Positions 1 to 8,671 of a DNA stretch of 51,418 bases are shown piece by piece. Position 1 is the first letter of the stretch. Every line of letters starts with the position of its first letter. This stretch comes from a virus (Duplodnaviria > Caudoviricetes). Below the pieces are notes generated by a model that saw only the letters and a program-made list of their open reading frames with translations, had not been told where the DNA came from and ran no database searches. The DNA lies in the IMG/VR virus record IMGVR_UViG_3300011416_000014, positions 1 to 51,418 of that record. The stretch is one strand, 5' to 3'. The position numbers were made by a program, and so were the translations under genes.

Positions 1-1
1 C

Positions 2-784
2 AAGGGGCCGCAGGGCGATCCTGGGATGGACGGCAACGACGGCGCCGACGGAGCGCCCGGCAGCGTTTGGTACGAAGGCACCGGCCCGCCGGGTGCAGGA
101 CTGGGCATCGACGGGGACTTCTATCTCGACGACGCCAACGGCGACGTGTACCAGAAGATCGGCGGGACGTGGACTCTCGTTGCTAACATCAAGGGACCGG
201 CAGGAGCTGACGGAGCGGACGGAGAAGGCGTACCGGCCGGCGGCACGGCCGACCAGTACCTCGCCAAGATCAATGCCACCGATTTTAACACCGAGTGGCG
301 TTCGTTCGACGAAGTGGACCTGATGCGCCGTAAAGGAGGCACCAGCGGCACGCAGTCGATCAGTGGAACCGTCACCGTTGCTTGGGACAGCACGGACTTC
401 AACTTAGGAGCGGCTTTCACCGTCATCTCGGCAGCATCGTTCGACGTAGAAGAGGACGGCTACTACGAATTAGGATTCTCGATCGAGATCGACAACACCT
501 CCGGGTCGGTCAGTGCGGCTATCCAGGGTGTGTCGGCTATCTGGCAGGCGGATGCGGGGGCGGGTTTTGCCGATATCGGCTTCAAGGCTTACATCCACGA
601 GTTCACTACTTCTCTTGAGCCACAAACGCTGCATTTGGTGTATCCAACCTTCTTGTCCCAAGATGATCGTTTGCGGGTGAGAGTTGCGCAGATAACTGGC
701 GCCCACGCTTTGGTCATCACCAAGGTGAACAGCGTGCAGTGGATTCGCAAGATCGAATCTGCTACACCAGAAACGGGTCCTTAA
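2..784 (+). CDS. Collagen-repeat tail fibre/spike protein (5'-truncated by window edge)
   Basis: Frame is open from nt 2 (KGPQGDPGMDGNDGADGAPG, G-X-Y triplets). Carries the phage fibre motif GSVWYEGTGPP..GDFYLD..GDVYQK..W...NIKGPAG and a beta-rich C-terminal domain. Confidence 0.8.
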   Translation, partial: KGPQGDPGMDGNDGADGAPGSVWYEGTGPPGAGLGIDGDFYLDDANGDVYQKIGGTWTLVANIKGPAGADGADGEGVPAGGTADQYLAKINATDFNTEWRSFDEVDLMRRKGGTSGTQSISGTVTVAWDSTDFNLGAAFTVISAASFDVEEDGYYELGFSIEIDNTSGSVSAAIQGVSAIWQADAGAGFADIGFKAYIHEFTTSLEPQTLHLVYPTFLSQDDRLRVRVAQITGAHALVITKVNSVQWIRKIESATPETGP

Positions 785-785
785 C

Positions 786-1013
786 ATGCAGACCTGGCTA
801 GTTCAGAGTTTTCCAGTTCCAGGCATTACCAACCCCCTCTTTACTTTTGGAGTAGTTACTGCCCTCTCGGAGACACTGGCCAAAAGCCAGGTCATTGCTG
901 AGATAGCCCGCAGGGGATACGGCAGCAGGCTCATCACTCCCAACGAGATCGTACTTTACCTATGGAAATCAAGAGACCAACCACACGGCAAATGCGTTCT
1001 AATATCGGGGTAG
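786..1013 (+). CDS. Hypothetical protein, 75 aa (paralog of next gene)
   Basis: ATG 2 nt after the fibre stop; aligns colinearly with 1016..1237. Confidence 0.7.
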   Translation: MQTWLVQSFPVPGITNPLFTFGVVTALSETLAKSQVIAEIARRGYGSRLITPNEIVLYLWKSRDQPHGKCVLISG

Positions 1014-1015
1014 CA

Positions 1016-1237
1016 ATGAACATCTATCTCGTTACGGATTACCCGACACTGGACGAGACGCGCCAGTTCGCAGTCGGTCTCGTCTTGGCCGCAAGCGAAG
1101 CCGAGGCTCGCGAGTTGGTGATTCAGGTTCTGATCGCGAGAGGACTCAAGATCGGATCTGAGCATTCGGGTGAAATAGTTCTTGAGTTGTGGAACGATGC
1201 GCTGATGGGCACGCGGCTGTTTTTCAGGGAGGTCTGA
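1016..1237 (+). CDS. Hypothetical protein, 73 aa (MNIYLVTDYP...)
   Basis: ATG at 1016 just after the previous stop; shares LV..P, SE..A, VI, RG and EIVL.LW with the previous gene. Confidence 0.7.
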   Translation: MNIYLVTDYPTLDETRQFAVGLVLAASEAEARELVIQVLIARGLKIGSEHSGEIVLELWNDALMGTRLFFREV

Positions 1238-1238
1238 A

Positions 1239-1445
1239 ATGAAGAAGCGATACCGCCGACTGATGCTGGCACTCGCCGCTGTGGCGAGCATCCTCCTTGT
1301 CCGCGCCACCGGCCTGGACAAGGGCCTGATCGACGAAGTGATGCAGGGCGTCGTCGAGGCGTTCGACGAACAGCCAGAGTCACAGCCAGAGTCGACCCCG
1401 GAAGTCGCCCAGGAAGTCACCCCGGAAGTGCCCAAGGAGGAATGA
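1239..1445 (+). CDS. Small membrane-anchored protein with acidic Pro/Glu repeat tail
   Basis: SD GGAGG upstream; basic N-terminus plus hydrophobic helix; QPESQPESTPEV repeat. Confidence 0.7.
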   Translation: MKKRYRRLMLALAAVASILLVRATGLDKGLIDEVMQGVVEAFDEQPESQPESTPEVAQEVTPEVPKEE

Positions 1446-1448
1446 TCC

Positions 1449-2015
1449 GTGGAGGCAGCCCTTGGCTGGATCGGCGCCATCTTCGAGTGGCTCGGCAGGT
1501 TCCTGCCGCGCTGGGATCTCGTGCGCGCGAACGAAAAGGGCGTCAAGTACCTGCCCGGCGGGCGCACGAAGGTGCTCGAACCCGGCATCCGCTGGTACTG
1601 GCCGGCGACGACCGAGGTAGTCGTGGCGCCGGTGTGCCGACAAGTGCTCAACGCGCAGGGCCAGGCCCTGATGACGAAGGACCATAAGCCTGTCTACGCA
1701 TCGGGGCTGGTGATCTACTCCGTCGAGGACATCCACATCTTCCTGGTCGACAACTTCGACGCGGAAGCCAGCCTGGACGACGTGCTGCAGACTGCGATCC
1801 GCAACGCTATTGTGACGCGCACGTTCGACGAGATCCAGGAAGACCTCGCCGAGATCAACCGCCTCTTGACTCGCGAGACCAAGAAGGTGCTGAGGGACTT
1901 CGGCGTGAAGGTGGAAGCTGCGCGCCTGACTGAGTTCTCGCTGTCCCAAGTGTTCAACGTGGTCGGCAACGGCCTGACCCAACTCAACGTCTCGGGCGCT
2001 CCGCCCGCCCTGTAG
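1449..2015 (+). CDS. SPFH/band-7 (stomatin-like) domain protein
   Basis: SD AAGGAGG and GTG start. E.GV...GG....LEPGIRWYWP, Q.LMTKD.K.V, TAIRNAI and FGVKVE match the SPFH pattern. Confidence 0.8.
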   Translation: MEAALGWIGAIFEWLGRFLPRWDLVRANEKGVKYLPGGRTKVLEPGIRWYWPATTEVVVAPVCRQVLNAQGQALMTKDHKPVYASGLVIYSVEDIHIFLVDNFDAEASLDDVLQTAIRNAIVTRTFDEIQEDLAEINRLLTRETKKVLRDFGVKVEAARLTEFSLSQVFNVVGNGLTQLNVSGAPPAL

Positions 2016-2026
2016 GAGCCATCCAA

Positions 2027-2410
2027 ATGAAGACCCTGATCCTCGCGCTGTCCCTCGCCGTCGCGGCGTGCAGCTCTCCCTACGTGTTGGTCGTCGATCC
2101 GCCGGTCGCTAGCACCGCGCAGCGGGTCGTGGATCGTCACGATTCCTACGTGCAGGGCGATTCTGCCCTCTTCGGCTCGGACCGAGATGACTTCTTGGAG
2201 GAGTCCTCCCGGGTCGAGATGCTGATCTCGCTGCCCGAAGTCAGCGCGCTGGCGCTGGATGCGGCCCTGCAGCCGGTGATGGCGCGGCACGACGCCTACG
2301 TGGGCGCCGACGCCTCGCTCGGGCTGCTGCAGCGTGACATCTACCTGGAGAGCACCGCGCGCCTGCGCGCGCTGCTGGATTCTGTCCTTCGGCCGGTCGC
2401 GGCAAAGTAG
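2027..2410 (+). CDS. Lipoprotein with internal RHDxYV duplication
   Basis: SD AGGAG; signal peptide MKTLILALSLAVAA-C (lipobox). Confidence 0.75.
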   Translation: MKTLILALSLAVAACSSPYVLVVDPPVASTAQRVVDRHDSYVQGDSALFGSDRDDFLEESSRVEMLISLPEVSALALDAALQPVMARHDAYVGADASLGLLQRDIYLESTARLRALLDSVLRPVAAK

Positions 2411-2415
2411 GCGCC

Positions 2416-2706
2416 ATGGAACTGCCGAACGACTACATGCCCGAGTGGTTGAAGTACGTGCTCACCCTGGTGATGGGCGCTGGCGGCGTCCACTACCTTC
2501 GAGCGGTTCTGGAGAACCGCCGGCTGGCCAACAAGGACTTCCGTGAGGTGATGCTGGATCGAATCCGCGAGTTGGAGCGCGTCGTATCCTCGCTGCAGCG
2601 GCGGATGGGCAACATGCGCGCCGAGATGGCCCACTTGGAGGCCGAGAACGGCCAACTGAGGGACAGGCTGGGCGAGCGCGACGAAGAACAGGATGACGGT
2701 TCGTGA
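2416..2706 (+). CDS. TM plus coiled-coil protein (holin/spanin-like, tentative)
   Basis: One hydrophobic segment (YVLTLVMGAGGVHYL) followed by a heptad-rich region. Function is inferred from architecture only. Confidence 0.55.
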   Translation: MELPNDYMPEWLKYVLTLVMGAGGVHYLRAVLENRRLANKDFREVMLDRIRELERVVSSLQRRMGNMRAEMAHLEAENGQLRDRLGERDEEQDDGS

Positions 2707-3218
2707 GCTTCCGCCTCAGAAACAGTGCGGATCTGTGCTCTTGCCTAGGTCTGCGTCCGAATCCAACGCAGCGAGACGCCTTCGAGCGCTTCGAGGCTGG
2801 CGAAAGTCCTCTGGATCTCCAGACGCAGCCCGACCGCAAGGTAATCGGCGGCGTGGGGATCGCCGTTCTGACTCATCTGCTGCTCGTGCCGGGCTCCCAA
2901 GTGCTGGTCGCGGCGTCGGAAACCGACCTGACCGGCAAGCTCATGGGCTTTCTGTACGACACGACCGCACGAATCGACCGTGCGCTTGCCTCGGTTTGTC
3001 ATTGGCCGGCGTGGGACCACCTGCAGATCAGCACTGACCCAGGGCATCGGCTGAAAGTCATGCCGAATAGGCCAGAATGGGCCACCAAATTGGCCATCGG
3101 GGACACCACGCTGGTGCTGCTGGGCTGCAGTTCGCGCGATGTCGACTTCGTGGACACCCGCTGGCGACTCGAACAGCACTTCAAACGGGAGGACGTGCGC
3201 GCGATCCGCGTTTGGTGA
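2703..3218 (+). CDS. Degenerate terminase-ATPase-like protein (paralog of TerL N-terminal domain)
   Basis: GTGA overlap with the previous gene. Colinear with TerL residues ~15-190 (PNPTQ vs YTWQQ; NRPE..TTLVLLGCSS vs TRPE..LTFIADEASG) but lacks Walker A GKT and Walker B DE. Confidence 0.6.
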   Translation: MSFRLRNSADLCSCLGLRPNPTQRDAFERFEAGESPLDLQTQPDRKVIGGVGIAVLTHLLLVPGSQVLVAASETDLTGKLMGFLYDTTARIDRALASVCHWPAWDHLQISTDPGHRLKVMPNRPEWATKLAIGDTTLVLLGCSSRDVDFVDTRWRLEQHFKREDVRAIRVW

Positions 3219-3222
3219 CACG

Positions 3223-4680
3223 ATGAGCCGCTTCGCACGCCATATCGAGCCCCTGTACGGCCGCTGGAGGCGTGACATTCGCGTCTTTGCGCGCGAGGCG
3301 ATGAACTTCGACTACACCTGGCAGCAGGAAGAGCTTTTCAACATCGTGCAGCTGGAAAGTTGGCTGCCGGAGGAGAAGCGCCTGAAGCGCGCTGCCGTTC
3401 GGAGCGGCCAGGGGCCTGGAAAAACCGCCGGCAGCGTGATCGTGGCCCTGTGGCGCTGCATGCGCTATGAAAACGCTCTGACGATCGTCACTTCGCCGTC
3501 GATGCGGCAGTGCAAGCAGTGGATCGACGAGTGCTCGCGCCTGGTGAAGGATGCGCACCCGCTGATGCAGCGAATGGTGCAGTGTTACGGCACCAAGGTT
3601 GAGATCAACGGGTCGAAGATGTGGGGCATCCGCACCGCCACGGCAACGCGGCCCGAGAACCTGCAGGGCATCCACGAGAAGCGGCTCACGTTCATCGCGG
3701 ACGAAGCGTCCGGCGTGTCCGCGAAGATCATGGACACCATCAAGGGAACGCTGTCCAACCCGGATGCTTTCTTCCTCGCAATCGGCAACCCCAACACGAC
3801 CTCCTGCGCGTTCTACGAGTTCTTCACCAGTCAGGCCGCAGCGTGGCACCGGCTGGTGTGGAACGCCGAGGACACGGCGCGTGACTACCCGCACATCCTG
3901 TCCCCGACCCGCAACCGGCAACTCGAACAGGAGCACGGCCGCGACAGCGACGTATACCGCATCCGCGTGCTTGGCGAGTTCCCGCACGAGGACCCGAACA
4001 ACGTGATGTCGCTGCGCGACCTGACCATTTGCACGCGCACCGACCTGCTGGGCTGCGCCGGCATCACCGACCTGCTGCCCGTGAACCGCGCGATCGGGCT
4101 GGACTACGCGCGCTTCGGCGGCGACGAGTCGGTTGTGGCGCGGCGCAGCGGCCTGGCCATCGTGGACTTCCGCACGTTCGTGAAGACCGAGCCTATCAGT
4201 GTGACCGACTACGCTTTCCGCCTGCAGCACGACGCGGGGTGGGCGAACAGCGACTGCTGGTACATCCCGGACGCGGGCGGCATGGGCCAGGGCGTCGTCC
4301 ACTCGTTCCACGAGGGCGGCAAGAACGTCCTGGAGTTCCACACGCAGGCCCGCGCGCACGACTCGTCGATGTTCAGCGACCTGTACAGCGAGGCGTGGTG
4401 GTCGCTCCGCAACCTCACGCGCGAGCACATCGTGCGCCTGCCCAACGACCCGCGGCTGCTGCAGCAGTTGTCGACCCGCCAGTATTACACGGACCGGAAG
4501 GGCAAGCTGAAGGTCGAGTCGAAGGACGAGTGGCGGAAGCGAATGGAAATCACCGAGTCGCCGGACCGCGCCGACGCGGTTGTGATGGCCTTCTACCCGC
4601 ACTTGGGCGACGAAGGCAAGATGGTGAGGGCATCGCCCCGCCGGCACATCGTCGGGAGCAAGGCGCTCCGAAAGCGCTGA
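3223..4680 (+). CDS. terL: Terminase large subunit
   Basis: Walker A RSGQGPGKT, Walker B FIADEASG, coupling motif IGNP, nuclease motifs GLDYARFGGDES and SPDRADA. Confidence 0.95.
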   Translation: MSRFARHIEPLYGRWRRDIRVFAREAMNFDYTWQQEELFNIVQLESWLPEEKRLKRAAVRSGQGPGKTAGSVIVALWRCMRYENALTIVTSPSMRQCKQWIDECSRLVKDAHPLMQRMVQCYGTKVEINGSKMWGIRTATATRPENLQGIHEKRLTFIADEASGVSAKIMDTIKGTLSNPDAFFLAIGNPNTTSCAFYEFFTSQAAAWHRLVWNAEDTARDYPHILSPTRNRQLEQEHGRDSDVYRIRVLGEFPHEDPNNVMSLRDLTICTRTDLLGCAGITDLLPVNRAIGLDYARFGGDESVVARRSGLAIVDFRTFVKTEPISVTDYAFRLQHDAGWANSDCWYIPDAGGMGQGVVHSFHEGGKNVLEFHTQARAHDSSMFSDLYSEAWWSLRNLTREHIVRLPNDPRLLQQLSTRQYYTDRKGKLKVESKDEWRKRMEITESPDRADAVVMAFYPHLGDEGKMVRASPRRHIVGSKALRKR

Positions 4681-4691
4681 GAAATCCCTGC

Positions 4692-4720
4692 TTGATCGCC
4701 GGCAGGTCTCGGGGTATGCT
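4692..4720 (+). promoter_or_regulatory. Sigma70-like promoter for the metalloprotease gene
   Basis: TTGATC-N17-TATGCT in the terL/metalloprotease intergenic region. Confidence 0.5.
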
Positions 4721-4754
4721 CCAGGAGTCGTCCTCTTCCGCCCGGAGCCCTCCG

Positions 4755-5180
4755 ATGCGCGCGCTACTGCCGGCCGTCCTGGCCGCCCTCCTCATGGGCG
4801 GCTGCGTGTCCACTCCCGCCCTCACCGTCGCTCAGGAAACCGCCGAGGCGCCTGCCGGGTTCGAGCCGGCGCTGTTTCAGCGGGCCTGCGAAGCCCTCAT
4901 GGAGCATTGCCCCCTCAACGCGCCGGTCAGGGTCCAGGTACAGCCGCTGGAAGGCTACTACGGCCGCACGCACTGGGCAGGCCAGTACGAGATCGCGATC
5001 GAGGGTCGGCAGCCCATGCAGGGCGTCCTGGACACCCTGATCCACGAGTGGGCGCACGCGATGGTGTGGGATGCCTCCGAAGACCCCGTCTACGGCGGCC
5101 ACGGGCCGCTGTGGGGCGTTGCCTACGCGCGAGCCTATCGGGTCGTCATGGCCGAACTGACCGCGTCAGCGGGCGACTGA
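4755..5180 (+). CDS. Lipoprotein SprT-like Zn metalloprotease
   Basis: Signal MRALLPAVLAALLMGG-C; TLIHEWAHA (HEXXH) and GHGPLWG (third His), the SprT-type pattern. Confidence 0.8.
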   Translation: MRALLPAVLAALLMGGCVSTPALTVAQETAEAPAGFEPALFQRACEALMEHCPLNAPVRVQVQPLEGYYGRTHWAGQYEIAIEGRQPMQGVLDTLIHEWAHAMVWDASEDPVYGGHGPLWGVAYARAYRVVMAELTASAGD

Positions 5181-5260
5181 GGCTTCCCGATCGGGCAATT
5201 CTGGGCCATCGTCGGTCGATTTCGGCTGAATCGGGAGCCGTCCGTTCCCGTTCGGGAAAG

Positions 5261-5308
5261 GAGAAGGCCCGCGCCGGGAGGGAGGCAATCCCCCGGGCGG
5301 GCCTTCTC
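5261..5308. terminator. Hairpin between convergent genes (probable bidirectional terminator)
   Basis: Perfect 12-bp inverted repeat GAGAAGGCCCGC/GCGGGCCTTCTC with inner CCGGG/CCCGG pairing. Confidence 0.65.
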
Positions 5309-5328
5309 TGGCAGCCAAGGGCTGCCGC

Positions 5329-5871
5329 TCAGGACATGATGCCGGCGAACAGAGCCGTGCCGTTCGAGTAGACGCGGGCTGTCTCTCCCACGGCCAGGGA
5401 GAGCGGCACACCGGCGCCACCGCCGTTGATCTGCTCGGCGCCGCTGGGGTCCAGGTTGATAGCCAGCGAGGCATCGTTGCGCACCGTGACCGACTTGCCG
5501 GCCCAGGAGGCAGCCGCCAAGAAGTCGTAGTCGACCGCGCCCGCGCCGGTGTAGTGGACGAACTGGTCGGTGATGAGCTGAGTCGTGGTCAGGGTCAGCG
5601 CGGCCTCCTGCTGCTTCTCCTCCCCGAAAACCAGCCAGGCGGTGCCGTTCGAGTAGCACAAGGTCATGCCGTAGGTGGTCAGGTTGATCCAGATGAAGCA
5701 GCGATCGTACTCCGCAGCAGGAAAGTCGGTCTGCAGATCGGGCAGAGAGGTGATCGTCGCATCCTCGTGGATCGGGATCGGCGCATTGAACAGAACTTCG
5801 TCGTTCGTGTCGACCTTGGCGTCCCAACCCTGGACTCCAGAATCGATGTCGAGCTTCAGCGGTCGTGCCAT
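5329..5871 (-). CDS. Tail tip/fibre-associated structural protein, 180 aa
   Basis: SD AGGAGG; last gene of the tail operon; C-terminal GKSVTVRN..INLDPSGAEQING..LAVGETARVYSNGT beta-domain typical of tail fibres. Confidence 0.65.
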   Translation of the reverse strand: MARPLKLDIDSGVQGWDAKVDTNDEVLFNAPIPIHEDATITSLPDLQTDFPAAEYDRCFIWINLTTYGMTLCYSNGTAWLVFGEEKQQEAALTLTTTQLITDQFVHYTGAGAVDYDFLAAASWAGKSVTVRNDASLAINLDPSGAEQINGGGAGVPLSLAVGETARVYSNGTALFAGIMS

Positions 5872-5881
5872 GAGGTGCCTC

Positions 5882-8671
5882 CTATGCTACCTTGGTGATG
5901 GTGAGGGACGGGGAAACAGCGGAGGAGCGGCCATTCGCGATGTGAGTGATCCGCACCTTGAACGCAGTTGGTTCTGAGCCGAACGCAGCGATCAACTCGG
6001 CATTCGTGAGAGTGAAGTTCACCTGATCGGCATCACGAGTGCGGGTCAATTCGACCACATCACCCGTGGTCAGGAACTGGATGCGTACAGTGCCAGGGAT
6101 CTCTGGATCGGCCAGTTCCACGCCGGAGGACTGGAACCCGGCGCCGGTGCCAATCGAGCCGGTCGACAGCGCCCACGACACGGTGATGTCATCGCCGGTT
6201 CGGTACGCAGGCACGCTGAGCGCCGGAGCCTCGACGTACATGTAGTCGGGCTGGATCGGCACCTGGCCGTAGCCGTACAGCACGTCGAAGTACGGCGGCA
6301 CCCCTGACAAGTTCACTTGACCCGCGCTGGTGCCTGGTTGGGTCTTGACGTACAGATCCTCGCCGGGTTCCAGCAAAGCATCCTGCACTGGCGTGATCGC
6401 ATCGCGGTCGAAGATGAAGACCGTTGCGCCGGGCTGGTGGTTGCCCTTGCGCGTGTGATAGCGGGCGCGAGCCAGGCCGTCCAGTCGGCGGACTCCAGCG
6501 CCGGTGATGGTGGCCTTCTGCAGGAAGCAGATTTCCACGCCGTCGCCGACGATGACGCACAACTGCCGGCCCAGGCCCCAGTTCGTCAGATCGGCCGAGA
6601 GATCCTGTGTCAAACTGCTGTTGTCTGGTCCCAGCTCGCTGTACTCGGCTCCTTCGTCGATGTAGTTGGGACCGTCGGCCGCCATCTCGTCGAGTAGTGA
6701 ACCGCCGGTCTGAACCAGTCGATCGTTGCCCCACAAAGTGTAGGTCACGTTGTCCCGGCTCAGCCAGAGAGAAGCGAAGGTGATCTGAGAATGCGCCCGA
6801 ATGCGCGGGATCAAGATGGCTTGAGATAGCGGAAACCCGCCCAGCACTACCTCCGGAACTTCGATGAAGGCAAAGGCTTCGTCCTGTTCAGGATCAAGCA
6901 GTTCGGGGGGATCGCCACCATCGCCGGTGATGAAGTTGCTCTTGCGGGCTCCATAGAAGTCGGGCACGACCTGCAACTCGACACGCTCTGACAGAGGATC
7001 GACTGATACTGCGGTTACACGCAGAACCTCTTCAAAGCCCTCTGCGGTGATCGCATCGCCAGGGATCAAGTCCCGCGCCTCGCGACCGGCGTCGATTCGA
7101 AACACGGCCCCGAATGCCAACTCCTCTGGAGAGCGAAGCTCAGATAGCTTTGCAGCGGTAGAGAACTGTACGGTGGAGACCAGAGGCACTTTTCGTGCCC
7201 GTTGGTGTTCCATGTACGATGCCTGCCCGTCTTCCGAGAGGGCAATCGTCATGTCCACGAACGAACGTGAACGGTCGCTGAAAGTGTAGATCAGCATGTC
7301 GACCGGCTGTTCGCCATGGATAGTCTCGATCTCTGGCAGTTTGTCTGCGTAGATGTCGGCGGAAAGGGCCGGCAAAGTTCCCGTTGGGAATCTCACGCGA
7401 TGAAACAGCAAGTTGCCGGTATCGGTGTCGATTGGCAGCATGACGCCGTGGTCCTGCAGCATCGAACCTAGGAGGGCTTCTGCAGTCTCCCCCTCCTGAC
7501 CTAGTACGCTTGAGCGCCATTCGTCGGTTTCTGCCTCCTCTCCCAGTTCTTCCAGGGAGGCGGTATCCCAGCGTTCCACGACGTGGTTGGGGTCGATCTG
7601 CAAGCCCTGCGGAAAGTCGGCGAAGAGCACCTCTGCAATCACATGGGCGATGTTGGCGCCATTCGTATCATCATTCAGGTAGGGTTCCAAAGTGCCCTGA
7701 TCGTCTGCCCCCAGGGTTCCTCCTTGCAAGAAGATAAAGGTGAAACTAAAAAACCCTATAACTTCGACCTCGCTGCGCAGCACTTGGTAGGTGCCGTCAG
7801 GCAGGCCATTGCCTGTGATCTCGATAAACTGGTTGGGCTTGAACTTCGAGGTTTGATCGCCTTCAACGCTCAGGTTGCCCACATCCTCATCTGAACTAGA
7901 CAAGAAGCCAATCACGGCGAAGGATTCACCAGACAGAGTGATGCCAGGCTCGTACCAGCCCTGCGATCCGGTCAGAACGGCCTGTGAGGGCCGGCGCTCG
8001 ACGACGTAGTCCAGCAGTGGCCACACCGGCGAGGCGCTCAGGCGCTTCTTGTTCCACACCACGTAGCAGAGATGTGGCCATCGGCTGCTGATCGTCACGC
8101 GAGCCGCATCGCCCAGGAAGGTGTTGATCGGTTGATCGACCTCACCCCAGTAGATGGAGAACGAGCCCTCTTGGCCCAGGTCGACGGTGGAACCGCTGGG
8201 GTGCGACTCGTTGGTGATAGGGCCATTGAAAATGACTTTGCCGCTCTGGATGATTTGATACAGAGTCGTCACTGGCCCAACACCCAAGGCATGCCAGGCG
8301 GACTCGTAGAAGATGTCCACCTCGCCTCCCCCGCCTCCGACTCCCTTCCCCCCGCCCCCGACATCTTCTTCGCGCGTCTCTCGTTCACCCGCCCAGCAGA
8401 AGACCGGACCAATGCGTCGGATGCCAACGAACCAAGGGGTGAAGGACCCTCGCGACGACAAAGTGGTCGGGCTGTCGCTTCGGATCGGGGAATCGCTCTT
8501 CTTGGCCAGTAGATGGCCCGCCAGGATGCTCAAACCGATTGAGAGAACCAGCAAAGCCAATTGGATCCATGCCTGCTGCTCGCCATCTCTTGGTGCGGCT
8601 TGAGGCATGCTGCTGACTACCAGGATCAGCAAAGCGGCTGCACCTGAAATCCTGAAAGTAGGCTTCTTCAT
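5882..8671 (-). CDS. Tail tip / host-specificity (central tail hub/fibre) protein, GTA-like
   Basis: Start MKKPT at 8671 via ATGA overlap. RGSFTPWFVGIRRIG, YESAWHALGVGP, ANIAHVIAE, LIPGDAI and LARARYHT..H..GA.VF are typical of this class; follows the NlpC gene. Confidence 0.8.
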   Translation of the reverse strand: MKKPTFRISGAAALLILVVSSMPQAAPRDGEQQAWIQLALLVLSIGLSILAGHLLAKKSDSPIRSDSPTTLSSRGSFTPWFVGIRRIGPVFCWAGERETREEDVGGGGKGVGGGGGEVDIFYESAWHALGVGPVTTLYQIIQSGKVIFNGPITNESHPSGSTVDLGQEGSFSIYWGEVDQPINTFLGDAARVTISSRWPHLCYVVWNKKRLSASPVWPLLDYVVERRPSQAVLTGSQGWYEPGITLSGESFAVIGFLSSSDEDVGNLSVEGDQTSKFKPNQFIEITGNGLPDGTYQVLRSEVEVIGFFSFTFIFLQGGTLGADDQGTLEPYLNDDTNGANIAHVIAEVLFADFPQGLQIDPNHVVERWDTASLEELGEEAETDEWRSSVLGQEGETAEALLGSMLQDHGVMLPIDTDTGNLLFHRVRFPTGTLPALSADIYADKLPEIETIHGEQPVDMLIYTFSDRSRSFVDMTIALSEDGQASYMEHQRARKVPLVSTVQFSTAAKLSELRSPEELAFGAVFRIDAGREARDLIPGDAITAEGFEEVLRVTAVSVDPLSERVELQVVPDFYGARKSNFITGDGGDPPELLDPEQDEAFAFIEVPEVVLGGFPLSQAILIPRIRAHSQITFASLWLSRDNVTYTLWGNDRLVQTGGSLLDEMAADGPNYIDEGAEYSELGPDNSSLTQDLSADLTNWGLGRQLCVIVGDGVEICFLQKATITGAGVRRLDGLARARYHTRKGNHQPGATVFIFDRDAITPVQDALLEPGEDLYVKTQPGTSAGQVNLSGVPPYFDVLYGYGQVPIQPDYMYVEAPALSVPAYRTGDDITVSWALSTGSIGTGAGFQSSGVELADPEIPGTVRIQFLTTGDVVELTRTRDADQVNFTLTNAELIAAFGSEPTAFKVRITHIANGRSSAVSPSLTITKVA

